Assembly (NCBI GenBank): GCA_964016885.1
Contig: OZ024743.1
Span: 221,402,001 to 221,466,000, forward strand
Reading direction: 5' to 3'
From: Eledone cirrhosa
Lineage: Eukaryota
Length of the DNA stretch: 64,000 bases
The notes under the pieces are model-generated. The model was not told where the DNA came from, ran no database searches, and saw only the letters and a program-made list of their open reading frames with translations. Numbering within the stretch: the first letter of the stretch is position 1; each line of letters begins with the position of its first letter. The position numbers and the translations under genes were made by a program. This document shows, one piece after another, positions 29,139 to 44,910 of this stretch.

Positions 29139-29333
29139 ATGGCTGCCTCCTCGTTATCGAGTATGGCCATTGCATGATACACCATTATTAATAATTATTA
29201 ATTAATTCTATCATGCAATGCCTGTGCGTGAAGATATTTTTTAAAGTGAGAAAAGAATGTGCACTGAGCCAATCCCACTCTCTGAGCGACAATAGCTATA
29301 ACCCGAAAAGAAGAAAAGATCAACATCATCGGT
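29139..29333 (-). mobile_element. 5'-truncated family B RTE-derived element
   Basis: Highly similar to 28383-28577; flanked by (ATAC)n. Confidence 0.65.
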
Positions 29334-29562
29334 ACCTACATACATTCATACATACATTCATACATACATACATACATACATACATACATACATACATACA
29401 TACATACATACATGCACACATACATGCATACATACATACATACATGCATATATGCATACATACATACATACATGCACACATACAAGCATACATACATACA
29501 TACATGCATACATGCATACATACATACATGCATGCACACATACATGCATACATACATACATA

Positions 29563-29969
29563 ATGGCTGCCAACTCGTTTTCGAGTACGGCCACTACTTT
29601 ATATCCATGTAGGAGAACCCCTACCGATGCGCTGAACGAGTGTGACTTTTTAGTGCAGCCAGCGACTTGAAAACTCTGGTACAAACACAACACTTGTGAC
29701 AATTACTGGGCCCATGGTACCATGTGATGACAAGTGCAGAGAGATCTCCAGATATAAAGCAATGCCTGTGCCGTGAAGCTTTTATAGTGAGCAAAGGCAC
29801 TGCACAAAGCCAGTCCCACTCTCTTAACCAAGATGATATTTATCAAAAAGAAGAACAAGTCAACATCATTGGATACCATCAGGGTTGCAGGTGTTATATC
29901 AGAGTTTTCCTTCTCCTAGAATTCTGCCATGACAAAGGCTAAGGGGTCATCTCTCCCGGTGATTTTGGA
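29563..29969 (-). mobile_element. 5'-truncated family A RTE-derived element
   Basis: Near-identical to 57994-58410. Confidence 0.8.
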
Positions 29970-30634
29970 ATACACAGTGAAGAGTTGATTATATAGCGGC
30001 GTCACTAGTTGATTCATCCCTTCCTATACTTGAACATTCGTTCGACACTCAGTTCAGTACTGATCTTGTTGATTTGGATGGTTATAATTGATCACAAATC
30101 AAAATGTGAAGTTCGTGTCTTACTTCTCTTAAGGAACCACTTAACCCTTAATCATTTACATTACTCTATATCTACTATTGTATTTTCACGGTAAAGGCTT
30201 TACTTCACATAATCGAACATAATGTTGTAACTATGAGATTTTGATGTTATTTATTTGGAGAACAATACCTTAATATCAGTAGGAGCAGCTGGTTTTGGCC
30301 AGTTTGAACAGAAAGAGGTGCGAGAATTCTGGTCGGATATGGTCAGTTTAAATGTTAAAGGGGTAGCAGAGAACTCCAAGGAAAGAAAAAAAAATTACTT
30401 TATTCTTTTAGTTATCTGAGACATTAGACTGTGGTCATGCTGGAGCATCTTCTTCAATTGATTTATTTGAACGTATAGATTGCAGTAATTTTTATTTCAA
30501 GTCTCATACTTATTTCATCGATATTTTTTTTTTTTTTTGTGGAACCTCTAAGTTTTAGCACATAAACATTAAACTTAAACATACTCACAGAGTCTCACAC
30601 TCGCACACACATATATATTATATGTACACACACA

Positions 30635-30683
<49 letters not shown>

Positions 30684-30737
30684 GTATATATATATATATA
30701 TATATACATAATTATATATTTATGGATATACTAATAG

Positions 30738-30808
<71 letters not shown>

Positions 30809-30813
30809 TATAC

Positions 30814-30862
<49 letters not shown>

Positions 30863-31132
30863 TATGGAAATAGAATAAGGAAAAGGTCATAATAATGTAA
30901 AGGTCAAGTTATCTTACGTAAATCTTCTGAGTTCTTGTTTATTTTAAAACCATTCTTGATATAGAACTAGTACTACCTTATCGTAATTAGAATCAAGACG
31001 TAATATTGATATTTTAAACAATATTAGTTTTGGTGTTGTTGCTTAATTCAACTATTTATAAGAGAATGAAGGAATAGTCAAAGTAGAATCTAATCCAGAA
31101 AATAAAATCCTGGTGAGTTCTAATATGCGGAT

Positions 31133-31355
31133 TGCTAATTTAGGCACAAGGTCAAACAATTTGGGAGAGGGCAAACAATTTGGTAATTGGGCAAAGTTGA
31201 TTAAATTGACCCCAGTACATGGATGGCACTTTATTTTATCGAACTTAGGTGGATGAAAATGATAGCTGAACTAGGTGGGATTTGAACTCAGAATGTAAAA
31301 AGCCGGAACAATATCGCGATGGTATTTCAGCTGAGGCTCTACCAATTTTACAAAT
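31133..31355 (-). mobile_element. diverged tRNA-derived SINE
   Basis: ttaggcacaagg...ttattttatcga...gggatttgaactcagaa is the reverse complement of the 22.6-kb family. Confidence 0.65.
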
Positions 31356-32059
31356 TCCCTACCCTACAGTATTGAGCTATATATTACAATGTATTTAGTC
31401 CTGGTGCTTCACTACTTCTCTTGCGTTCATGAAAACTAATATTGACACTGTTCTACATGAAACTATTTTCGTTTCAATTTACTGGCAGCCATTCTTTTTT
31501 CAATACAAAGAAAAAGAAAAACAATACAAAGAAGAAAATATAATTGTTATTGATTTTTCAAATCACTTGTCTTCTGACTTGTCACACTATATCGATTATA
31601 ACTTATTTTGTTTTATATATTTTCCCTTTTATTTTTCAAAAACGAAATTACTGTAAAGAGAGAATGATCAGGCGTTAAAGGGACTGATTAAAGTAAGCCA
31701 TATTGAAAGCTTGAAAGATTTGTTCCATTGACAGCAGACACTTGGCTGTAATAGACGTGTGATGTGTACTACGTCTTAGCGTCGACAACGTTGCCGTTTC
31801 AATTCCTAATTAAATATGACAATCTACATTTTACACCGCTGATACTCTTCAGCCATATACGGAAAGATAAAATAGGTGGCGAGTTAGTAAAGTCGGTACT
31901 GTATTCATTCCAACTCCCTGTGTTTAAATCCCACCGAGGTCAACATTGTCTGTCATCCTTTCGGCATTGATAAAATATTATTCAAGCGCTAAGCTCGATT
32001 TTTCTCTCCTTTCCAACACTTTCTCTCTCTCTCTCTCTCTCTCTCTCCCTCTCTCTTTC

Positions 32060-32125
<66 letters not shown>

Positions 32126-34243
32126 TCTCTCTCTCTCTCACTCTCACTCTCATACACACACACACACACACACATACACACATACTCACATACACACAGA
32201 GAAACTCACACTCACGCACATTCACAACACACACACGCGCTCACACACACACACACACACATACACACACATGGAATCGGCAAGAAAGAAACACTCCAAT
32301 TTGGGCCCAACAGGCTGTTTACATAGTGTGGACACAAAACGAAAGAAAAAAAAGGAATGAAATGCAACACTGATCACGTGTCTAATTTCTGCTTGACGAA
32401 ACTTTTCATTATCCCATTTTTATCTCCCTATGATATATAGGGCATGTATGTATAGTTAGAAAAAAGCACTAATGTTTATTGCTATTGGTGTAACTTTACT
32501 TCATGAAAAGTGTGAACATTTCAAATATCATGCAGTATATATAAATTAAACAGTCGGTTATAAGCCTAAACTGATTTTTTTTTTTTTTTTTTTGTGAGAT
32601 TAATCTGCTGGAAGAGGCAGCGATCATTGCCTTCAGAGACTTTTGGTGATCAGAGAAAGAGATTCTCTTGTATGACTAACCCCTAGCTACTGCTGGCACT
32701 AATTTTCAGTTGAGTGAAGTTCTTTGACAAATGACACAACATCCCATGCGCTCTAGGAATCAAACCCACGAGCATATGAGTGAGAACCAAACACCTTAAC
32801 CACTCGAGCATGCATGCGCCTTTATTGCAGATGGCATCACCGATTTAAATCGTTCCCAGAACTAACTTTATCAAGAAAAATAAGAGGAAAAGTCGACATC
32901 GGTAAGAAAAAAACACAGTAATACCAAACTGCGAGGTGTTTTTTTTTTCAACGCTCTAACGATTCAACAAAATCATCTTCCTATGGAGTTCTGAATATTA
33001 ATAAATCTCATTGGCATTAGATAGAAGAAAAAACCTGTCGCATCTGCTATCGTTTTAATTCCCAATGTATTGAGAGAAAACTGGTAATAACTTTTGACTA
33101 ATTTTTTTTTTATTTCACTTGCCAAATAGAAGCTTCGCCGTTGGTTCATTGAACTTTTTGTGACTTGTAACATTTACCACTGTACTTAAAGTCCACCGAG
33201 GTTCGGTTTTTAAGGGTAAAATTAAATGCTGAAAATTGAAAATGTTATTTTGTATTCGTTAGATAGATCAATCAACTTTCGATGTATCGATTCAAAAGAA
33301 TTAAGATGTAGTGTTTTTATTGATTATTTAATTATATTTAATTATTTATTTATTTATTTATTTATTTATCATCATCAACATCATTATTATCACCTTCATT
33401 CTCCTCATCCTCCTAATCATCGTCATCATCATCATCATTATTATTGTTGTTATTATTATTATTATTATTATTATTAGCATTATTATTATTGTTGTTGTTG
33501 TAGTTGTTGTTATTATTATTTTGTTAAACGTTTCAATCTACCGATAATGATGAAGAATATAAATGCTTTGATGTTGAATTCGATGCCAAGCGGATTGATA
33601 CTGACTGGCTGGCTGGTTGACTGCTGGTGCTGGTGCTTGGTGCTGGTGTGGTTTGGTGGTTGGGTATTTTTTAGGGTAATTAAATAATATCAATTATAAA
33701 TGACTATTTATAATGAGCCTGCAGAGTTAAATTCAATAAACAAAAAAATATGAGAAAAAATGAACGGACCACTTCTAATAGTTATCGGTTAATTTAGTGA
33801 TCACAAGGAAGGAGCCATTTTGCCTCAGTATATAATATGTCAGTTTTTTAATATAAATTATTTTTTTAGGTGAGGTTCGCGAATAGAAATCCGTAAATTA
33901 AGCATAATAATTAGTAGTCATTGTATTATTGTTGTTGATGATGTTAAAGCTGTACCTTCGAATTATATATATTTTAATATATTTTTTGATATAGAATATT
34001 ATATTTTTCCTTAATAGTATAAAATTCTATTATAATTTCGAAAAAAAAAACAACTCATGATACGGTTTCTAAGCTAATACAATCTGTGTATTTCTTTCTG
34101 TTGCTCCGAAAATGTATTTGTCGGGCAAGTGATTTTATTTGAGACTGTGATGAAATTAAAACAATTACATCTTGGGAGAGTCATTTTAGCAACTATTGAA
34201 TTTGTATGGCAAATGGCGTATTCTAAAAGTAGGTGCCTGGTCT

Positions 34244-34475
34244 AAGAGTATGTAGTGAAAATTACATCTGAGCGTATGTGGTGTAACTTAGATTTGGGAC
34301 TATATCCAGAAATTACATCTGAGAATATACGCTGAAACTTACATCAGAGAGTATGTGGTGAAACTTACATGACGGAGTATGTCTAGAACCTTCATCTGAG
34401 AGTATATGGTGAAACATACGACTGAGAGTATGTGGTGAAAATTACATCTAAGAGTATGTGTTGATAATTACATCG
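34244..34475 (+). repeat. degenerate ~26-bp minisatellite (gagtatgtggtgaaaattacatctga)n
   Basis: About 9 imperfect units visible. Confidence 0.8.
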
Positions 34476-36898
34476 GGGAAGGGACATGTCAGCAATTCAT
34501 CCGAGCTCAATTCTTAATTCTCAAGGCTGGTACTTTTTTATCGATCCGGTTTTGTCAAACCGCTAGCTTACAAGACATAAAGAGTAAACGTATACACATA
34601 CACATATATATATCTATACATATATGCATACATACATACATGCACATATACATTCATAAATACATACATGAATACATGAATACATACATACATACATACA
34701 TACATACATACATACATACATACATACATACATACATACATACATACATACATACATACATACTTACATACGAAATTTGAATTGTTTGCTACAACGTACG
34801 TTTGCTGTGATGTTGCTGGTGGTGGGGCATTGCAATAGTGGTGGTGGCGGTGGTGGTGGTGATGGTAGTGGTGGTGGTGGTGGTGGTGGTGCTGCTGGTG
34901 CTGGTGCTGGTGCTGATGGTGGCGGTGCTGGTGGAGGTTGGTATCTTTGGGCTAGAGTAATTGTGAGGTACAATGAGCTTATTCTGCTATGACAGCTGTT
35001 AAACGCTAAATCTCAAAAGCACTTAGCTTAAAGTGACGAAGCCAAATTGCTTGCATCTCCGTGTGAAAACACCAGAATCAAGGAGACGTACTATGATCAG
35101 GTCCTCGAAACCAACGATCGGACTGACACATATCTTATTTCCTCCATCTTCTACGTAGCGCACGTTATGTTCTAGCTTTACCTCTTTTTACCTTGAGCAG
35201 CTGCGCAGGAAACAAGTCAGAGTCCAAACATGAATATAGTTGTAATACAATGCAGCCGGACTCACCGAACATCTGACATGCAAACCGATATGTAAAAGGA
35301 TAGTTGATCAATAAAAACCAGAGTTGAAAGCATACAGTTTCAAGTTGTACTCCTCAGCACACTGGTGCGAAATAAAAGAAGATTCTATTTCAAATTGTGA
35401 AAAATATAAATTGATATTCAAACTTCACAAGGCTTCATACGTCAAGCAAATGTTGTTTATACATCTAGCTACGCGCTTATATCTTCTAATGAGACAGTAG
35501 TTGCATGTTTTTCGGCGCTCTGGTTACACTCGCTCACCCAGTATACGAGAGATGCGTGACTCGGTTTCCTACAGGCTACTTTGTCCTGTATTTTTCGCCT
35601 CCATGTTTCATTACCCGTTTTGTTCAACTATTATTTTTAGTTATCAATTATTGTTATAGGTATCTGCATTGTGGCCACATTATTTAGTAAATTTCGAAAA
35701 TTAAGGGAGAGTACTCGCTTCGATGAAATATTTGATCAAAATATCAGGCACACGAAATTACCCAATTTACAAACGTTATGAAATGATAGCTAACATGGTT
35801 AAACTCTTTGCCAAGATAGAATGTCCGATAGAATACTTTACGGAATTTAGTTCAGACTCTGCAACTCTGAATTCAAATCCTGTAAATATCAAGTTTGTCT
35901 TCCATCCTTTTGAATTCGATAAATAACATATTAACACAGAGTTGTAGATTGGTGGAATTGCAAGTAAGTCAGTTGTTCTGCCTTGCTACATTTGACTTCT
36001 GAACCGCCTCTTTGCGTTCTGACCATAACGCCAGCAACGACACTGATGCCAAGCTCTAACCGGCCATTGCCTTTCCTTTACGCAACACCGATAGCGTCGG
36101 ATAGAATGTTTTCCGATATTCTTTCCAGGCACTCTACGCTCTGAGTTTAAATCCCACCGAGATTAGCTTTTTCTTCCACCGTTTCGGACTACATGAATAC
36201 AGTATTAGTCAAAGCCGGTCGATTGGCAGAATTACTAGGGCGTCGAACTAGATGCCTAGCGGTATCTAATATCTTATCTGACATATTGCGTTCTGAGAAC
36301 ACCAGCAACGATACTTGGGCTAAGCTGTATCGGCCATTGCCTTTTCCATTGGCTGACAATGGCGGTGAGGAGGAGGAAGGCTTGCATAAATGATCAATCG
36401 CCAGCTTTCTTTAACAAAAATATAAAAGAAAACACAGAAAACTTTGCCCAGACATACAGTTTGTAGTGGGAATATCTATATAAAGATACGTGGCCCCAGG
36501 AGTCTTTCAAAAAACCCTGAAGAGTTTATTAATGCAGACGAATAAGCTGAATTAAAATAAGAATGACAAGGGTGATGTGATTTCATGCAAAACACATTGC
36601 ATATATTTTTATAAAATATCGAGAGCGTTCAATTAATCATCATTTTTAGACTGATGTGAATTTGATCACCCTTATCTTATATTAATGAGATGACGTATTG
36701 TAATGTAAAATAATTAATTATACAATATATTTTCAGGCAATGCATCAGCTGATCTGACTGATGAAATATTTCAAGTTTTATCTATGCCTGTGTGTGTATG
36801 TGCAGTTGTGTGTGTCTATGTATATGAGCATACACGTACATACACAAACGAATTGTCAATAAATATAAGTACATATACATGTATATATATATATAAAT

Positions 36899-37022
<124 letters not shown>

Positions 37023-37062
37023 AAATAAATAAGTCAAATATTTAAAATTTGGCTTCGTTTAT

Positions 37063-37119
37063 TACTGCTATATATATTTCGGTGACAGCCATCTTTGGCT
37101 GTGACCTCTTCAGGCAGTA
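37063..37119 (-). ncRNA. type I hammerhead ribozyme
   Basis: tactgc-CTGAAGA-ggt c acagcca aaga tggctgt c acc-GAAA-tatata-TA-gcagta, then aataaa; intact core and perfect 6-bp stem I; island between (TA)n. Confidence 0.85.
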
Positions 37120-37228
37120 CGAATTGGTGTGGTAGAGACGGGTACACATGTTGTTGACGTGTTTAACTCCGTCAATACTGCGATATGCCCAGTTCCTGGT
37201 TGGGTTGTTATTTCTATGAGGAACTGGA

Positions 37229-37337
<109 letters not shown>

Positions 37338-37342
37338 GTGTG

Positions 37343-37387
<45 letters not shown>

Positions 37388-37400
37388 GTGTGTATGTATA

Positions 37401-37431
<31 letters not shown>

Positions 37432-37436
37432 GTGTG

Positions 37437-37474
<38 letters not shown>

Positions 37475-37836
37475 TATATGTATGTGTTTATATGTATATA
37501 TATAGAAAGAGAGAGAGAGATAAAGCGATAGATAGATAGATATATGTGTATGTGTATGTGTTTATATATATGCGTGCGTGTGTTTGTGTGGGTCTGTGGG
37601 TGAGTTTAGTGTACGTATATATATGTGTTGGGGATATGGTATTCGAGTGCAAATAAAAATATTACTAAATACCTTAATACCTCTTCAATGCAAAGTATAC
37701 CTCACACCATTACCATCCATTAAAATGCTAAAATCCGCTACTTACCTAAAAGAAAAGAAAAGAAATAGAACTATTTCGTACATTTCTTATTTCAAATTCA
37801 GATTAACACATATATGTATTCACATACACCCATATG

Positions 37837-38005
<169 letters not shown>

Positions 38006-38038
38006 GCGTGTGTGTGCGTGTGTGTGTATAAATGTATG

Positions 38039-38116
<78 letters not shown>

Positions 38117-38521
38117 ATTTTAAATTAGTAGAAGCCCCAAAAACACGTATCAAACAGTGTTTATCCAAAATGTTCAATTTTAAAGGGCTCTCAACAGTGA
38201 ATATGAGATGTATTTTGTTTTGTTTTTTGTTTTTTGTTTTGTTTGGTTTGATTGTTTTTTTTTCCACACCAAAAACATTTTAGTGTTGGTTGCCGGTCGT
38301 AGTTAGAAAAAACATAATGGTAAGATCTACTAAGGATTTTGCTTCCGCTGAGTCATATTCGACCGTTAAAACGCTAAAACCTTTTCTGTAATATATATTC
38401 TCTCCTGCTTTCAAATTCTGTAATCTCAAACTTAGGACTGGAAGAGAAAAATATAGCCTAACATATATAGTTGGTTCCTTTAACATTTGACATCTTTTAA
38501 GATGACCTCAACTAAAATATG

Positions 38522-38682
38522 AAGGCGCATGGCTTAGTGGATAGAGCATTTGGCTTGCAATCGAAAAGTTCAATTCTCGGACCGGGCGATGTGTTGTTTC
38601 CTTGAGCAAGATACTTTATTTCACAGTGCTCCAGTTTACTCAGCTGTAGAAATGAGATGATAGGACTGGGGTCCTTATCATT
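38522..38682 (+). mobile_element. tRNA-derived CORE-type SINE
   Basis: Box A tggcttagtgg, box B gttcaattc, CORE-like ccttgagcaagatacttt...ctcagctgtagaaatgag; close copy at 53060-53222(-). Confidence 0.8.
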
Positions 38683-38825
38683 AAATTACCCAAGACACCT
38701 CCAACGAGATATACCTTGGAGGAGGTGTGGGCTGTCACACACACACAACTAAAGCTTAAGGTGTTGAAAACTTCGACTGTTAACCAACGCTAAATGCCTG
38801 GCGTGAAAAAACAAAACAGAACTTA

Positions 38826-38867
38826 TATTCACTGATAAGGGTCTTTCAAGACTGAAACTTTTGAATA
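38826..38867 (+). ncRNA. degenerate minimal hammerhead
   Basis: tattca-CTGATAA-gg gtct ttca agac t-GAAA-ct-TT-tgaata: perfect stem I, core G8 changed to A. Confidence 0.55.
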
Positions 38868-39064
38868 AAAAAAATACTTTTAATTCTTAATACGCATTGT
38901 TTGATTTTCTAATCATTTATAATTATATACATATGTGTGTACGTGTGTGTGTATGTGTGTGTGTGTTTAAAGAGTAAACAGAAATAACAAAGCAAACATA
39001 TATTAGTTTAATGCTTGAAATGCAAAAATATATTAGTTTAATACTTGAAATAATAGTAAAAGAG

Positions 39065-39100
39065 TCTTAACGTTTCGGACACTAGTCCTTCATCAGAACA
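39065..39100 (-). ncRNA. minimal hammerhead of PLE-pLTR type
   Basis: CTGATGA-a-ggac tagt gtcc-GAAA-cg-TT; stem I weak. Confidence 0.65.
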
Positions 39101-39228
39101 TAGAATGAAAAATAAAGGATGAAATAGGAAGATAGAGAGAGTGAAGCGGGAGGAACAGGAAAACAATTTGAGAGAAAGACATGCGTGTATTCAGTCAAAA
39201 ATACAACAAAGGAAGTTTTATATCATTT

Positions 39229-39322
39229 GATCTTATACAATTGTTTCAGCCAATATACTTCCTCCAATATCCATCATACATTTTGCTGTGTGAGTAATGT
39301 AATATTTACTTCTTCAGAGATA
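39229..39322 (-). ncRNA. degenerate hammerhead with extended stem II
   Basis: atct-CTGAAGA-[~60 nt, ag...aatat/atatt...ct]-GAAA-caattg-TA-(ta)agat. Confidence 0.5.
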
Positions 39323-40710
39323 TTTAAAAAATGATTTTTATTATAACAAGAAGCTTGTTAAAACATCAAAAACGTTATTACCGCCACGGTAATTAAGAGA
39401 AACGCTAGAGTTGAAAGAAAAGTCCAGAGCTTTTAATATAAAAAAAGAGCACTTCATTTCTTGTAGCTCCAGTCAACTCAGCTGAAAATAAGAACCACAC
39501 TGCATGGATTGACATCATATTTAGAATGAGGCGTTTGTACTTTCACTCATTTAACGCCAACGAAACCCAGATAAACTTCGGCTCGATGAGTCTCCGAACT
39601 CGGGATACACTTTAGCCTTTAATATCGTATGAGTATAGTAAATGACGATACTCGTGATATCACTGATTTAATTTTACTACTTTATATTAGTATGGAATAT
39701 TATGTTATATCCTCTCATGAACAATTGAAATGTACAGCTCACACCTATGCAAGTGTAGATAGCCCACTACGAGGTTACATCTCATAAATGTTTACTTGGT
39801 TGTTTTATTGATAGAAGCCGGGATTCTATCATGAAGAACCACGAGGAAAAAGGAAGCATTTTACTCTAGAACACAAGGCACTAATCGATCTAGGAATTGA
39901 AACTTCGACCTTATGATCATGAATCTTACACACTGACCATTAGAACACACGTTTTCAGTGATATCCTGTATAAAACACAGGACAGATGCTGTGGCCATTT
40001 AAAAACAAGTAATAAAATTTAATCTGGTGCAGATTTTAAAAAATATTTCTTTCTGGTGAAGGTGAGAAAATAGTAAACAATTACAAATATATTGGATAAA
40101 AAAAACCCAAAGACAAATAAATTGAGTGATCAAGGTTTTAAACGATATTTGGGTATATTATTGTTATTTATAGCAGTTTATTTTTGTCTCTTTTTCTTTT
40201 AGCTACAATATGATGTAATAAAATATTCTTTATTTATGGTGTATTCAATGGGCGGGTGGGTTAAATGTTTTCATAAATTATAAAGTTTTTTTTTATTGGT
40301 TCTCTTTTCCTCCGGTAGTGTATATGTGTCTGTTTAGACATGTTGTATGTAAACAATGACAAGAAGTTATACACGTATGATTTAGTTGAAGGCTATTGCA
40401 TTGCTTTGCTTCCGAGCAGACAGACAAGCTAATAAAATAAATATACCTTACTTTTTAGCAATAAAGGAAATAAAATGAACGACAAATAAAACGGTTACAT
40501 TTTATTATATTCAATGTTACAAAACTAGTTCTTTGATACGTTTGGGGGACTATATTTTACTGTTCTGTTTATTTTATTACAGATACAGACACACAAATAC
40601 ACACAGACACTCACAAACATTCACGCACGCACACTCAGATACACACACATATATATATAATATATATATATATATATAATATATATATATAATATATATA
40701 TATATATACA

Positions 40711-40742
<32 letters not shown>

Positions 40743-40743
40743 T

Positions 40744-40775
<32 letters not shown>

Positions 40776-40817
40776 ATATATATATATATATAATATATAT
40801 ATATATATATAATATAT

Positions 40818-40913
<96 letters not shown>

Positions 40914-40959
40914 ATATATATATATATATAATATACATATATATATATATATATATAAT

Positions 40960-40990
<31 letters not shown>

Positions 40991-41049
40991 TTATTATTAT
41001 TATTACTACATATATATACATATATATATATAGTAATAATAATAAAATT

Positions 41050-41098
41050 GTTTCAGAAGATCCCGTTAAGGGTGAAAGCAGCGATTCTTTGCTTAAAC
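41050..41098 (+). ncRNA. type I hammerhead with one core substitution
   Basis: gttt-CAGAAGA-t ccc gttaa ggg t-GAAA-gca...tgc-TT-aaac: all three stems pair, U4 changed to A. Confidence 0.55.
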
Positions 41099-41143
41099 TT
41101 TAATCTGTTATTTTAATAAATATATATATATATATATACATAT

Positions 41144-41333
41144 ATAGGAGAAAGTGTGACCCCGACGGCAGAGCTCAAGCCGTTTCGACGGCTATTTCTG
41201 GACTGAAATAGCCGTCGAAACGGCTTGAGCTCTCCCGTCGGGGTCATACTTTCTCCTATTACCCACTCTACTACCCTAAGTATTGAGTACTCTGGTGCGT
41301 TATGGTCCATCTGGTTCCTTACCACAACTCCTC

Positions 41334-41338
<5 letters not shown>
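41144..41338 (+). mobile_element. fold-back element (55-bp arms) plus conserved tail in (TA)n
   Basis: Arms 41144-41198 and 41205-41259 with two mismatches; each arm holds GAAA-cgg...ccg-TC (HHR 3' half); tail shared with 8450 and 28267. Confidence 0.8.
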
Positions 41339-41377
<39 letters not shown>

Positions 41378-41448
41378 ATATATGTACGTAAATGCATATG
41401 CACATGTATATATATACATATATATATTTATATATATATATATACATT

Positions 41449-41514
<66 letters not shown>

Positions 41515-41517
<3 letters not shown>

Positions 41518-42395
41518 TGCTATGCCTCCTCCTGTCTTGACCCTCTGACCACTTATCCACGCACACAGACACACAGTGCTCTCCACCTGTCATTCTCCTC
41601 TACCCTCATCCTGCCTTGACCCTCTGACCACTTCCTGTTGCGCGCGCACCCCACATCTCTCCTCTTCCGACTACCACATCCAACGGATTACACACCATCG
41701 ACTATCGTTCCCACTATCCACTCCTTAACATGGAAAATATCCGGCCACTCTTCACACCCTCTACGGAACTACCTTAGGAACTTACCCACGGACATACAAT
41801 TACAATTTTTTTTCGAACCACCTACACCCACAAATCGTATAAACACCAACATACACGTGCGTACCCTCACATATATACACACTCAGCCTCTCCCACCCCT
41901 CTGACCACTCCCCATCCAGACGCACGCACACACCGACTAAAACCCCACCCCAAACCACACACCTTTTCCTGAACATGGAACCTCGTTCTTCCCCCAACTC
42001 TCACATTCACATACACACACACACACACGTACACCTATACACATACACAAACACCACCTTCAGCCCTCCTCGCTCGGACACCCCGCCTCCCTCTCCCCAC
42101 ATCACCCGCCACCATCCCTACACGACCACACCCTTCCACCACTTGTTTATCTTCATGTTTATTTTTATTTTTATTTGTACCCCTTCCACCGTTATTCCTC
42201 CCTTTCCTCTCCCCCCTTTTTTCTAAATGTCTCTCCCTCACTCACCCACACACCCTCGGAACTCTCTTCCCACCCACCTTTCGCCTGAAGAAGGGCTTAT
42301 GCCTGAAACGTCCCCGCCCCCACTCTCAAGAGCTTGAAACTAATAAACCTTTGTTTGTACTGCTTCTCTGTTTTGTTCCCGTTCCATTTTTCACT
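41515..42395 (+). mobile_element. C-rich PLE 3' UTR/pLTR remnant with minimal HHR core at 42285-42312
   Basis: CTGAAGA-ag ggc ttat gcc t-GAAA-cg-TC followed by aataaa; stem I not formed; bounded by (TA)n on both sides. Confidence 0.55.
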
Positions 42396-42444
42396 ATATA
42401 TATATATATATATATATATTCAAAATATATATATATATATATAT

Positions 42445-42525
<81 letters not shown>

Positions 42526-42620
42526 TATATATAAATATATATATATATAATATATATATATTATGTATACGTACACACACGCACGTTTAAATATATATAC
42601 ACACACACAAACACACACAA

Positions 42621-42888
<268 letters not shown>

Positions 42889-43028
42889 CGAACGGCTGTA
42901 TATGTGTGCAACCAGGTGTGTAAGTAAATTTCTAACATATGTTTTCTCCCTTTATTGAATTTTGTACTGTGTATTTGTTACTGTCCCTAAATGATTCGAA
43001 ATGTTTCAGTTTGAAATATATCTATATA

Positions 43029-43148
<120 letters not shown>

Positions 43149-43230
43149 AATAAATATATATATATATATACAAACATATATATATATATATATACAAACA
43201 TATATACATATATATATATATACAAATATA

Positions 43231-43263
<33 letters not shown>

Positions 43264-43285
43264 TTCAGTTTGAAATATCTCTCTT

Positions 43286-43363
<78 letters not shown>

Positions 43364-43796
43364 CATATATATATAGATATAGATATACATATATTGATGT
43401 GTTAATGGGATTCGTCTGCGTACTTTTGTGGTTTTGATATATTTATGACTTTCACGGCGTTTCCTTCTTATTGTAGTTTTACATCAGTGGTTATTGGTGG
43501 GTAGAACACACGCACAAACACACACGCACACACACCCACAAATACACATACACACACACATATATATATATGTTTATGTATATATATATACATATATACA
43601 TATATACATATATATGTATTTATATATATACATATATATATATATGTGTATGTATGTGTGTGTGTGTGCGAGTGTGTGTGTGGTGTATGTTGTGTATGTG
43701 TTTGTCTATTTACATATAGATACATAAACAAAAGGTGAATAGATAGATAGATAAAAAGATAGATAGAGATACAGACACACAAACATAGAGACAGAC

Positions 43797-43831
<35 letters not shown>

Positions 43832-44765
43832 TAGATATATTTCTTTATTAGCCACAGGGGCACAAAATAAGGGAACAAATACAAAGGGGGAAGTTTACAT
43901 ACAATAAAAACGTGATAGATAGATAGATAGATAGATGGCACACATACACACATACACACACACACACACACATATATATATATGTATAGTATCGATTGAA
44001 TTTTCACCCATAAACTTTCCTAAAATTTGTGCTTACATATGGGAGACCTTCTATGCGTCTATATGTGTGAGTCTACGAATGATTTTCTATTTTTGCCTAC
44101 ATATATATGTATATAATGTATGTATGTATGTATGTATGTATGTATTGACATATGTATATATTTATGTATTATATCAGTGTATGCATGTACGAATATATTT
44201 ATGTATGTATATATGTAATGGATGCATGTATGCACGTACATAAGCATGTATGTATTTGAATGTATGAATGTAATATATGTATGATTATATCTTTGTATGC
44301 ATATATGTATGTATATGATGTATACATCACACGTTACACGACATTTGATGTGTATATTGTTTAATGTTTTAAGTAGTGTCGTATAAATAAATAATAGACC
44401 CGTCTTTGTTATCTACATTTTCTGTACTTAGTGTTTCGTTATATTAGTTATAGCATACTTGGATAGTAAATTACTGTTAATGTATTGTGTGTACGTATGT
44501 GTAAGTGCATGTGTGCATGTGTGTGTGTGTGTGTGTGAAAATATCACATATATTTCTATATAATAATTACATATATATAGAGAGAGGGGGGGGGGGAAAT
44601 AGCACGGAAAATATATTTTAGGGTCTGTTTTTCTTTTGTTTTCCTTTCTTTGATTCGTCAAAGTGACATTATTGAAAAAAGTGAGAGGGACGATTGTTTT
44701 TAAAAAAAACTTTTATAATATATATAAGGTATATAAAGTATGTATAGAACCTTACTTCCTTTTTC

Positions 44766-44803
<38 letters not shown>

Positions 44804-44829
44804 TAAATGGGATTCATATATATATAATA

Positions 44830-44910
44830 TGTAGATTCCTGAGTTGTATAGGGGTGGAGATAACCACGGTTAAAAACGGTACTCAATACATTGGTAGAGT
44901 ATAGGCATTT
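44830..44910 (-). mobile_element. tail element (family of 17421-17488)
   Basis: Reverse complement tatactctaccaatgtattgagtaccgtttttaaccgtggttatctcc...ggaatctac. Confidence 0.6.

Noticed and set aside
36517-36560. CTGAAGA-gttt...agac-GAAT motif; similar weak cases at 5050, 14010-14065(-) and 43450(-)
   Set aside because: Core substitutions plus missing stem I; cannot be distinguished from chance by eye.
38522-38600. tRNA gene
   Set aside because: Box A/B are present but there is no cloverleaf, and the sequence continues into a CORE-like SINE body found in many copies.
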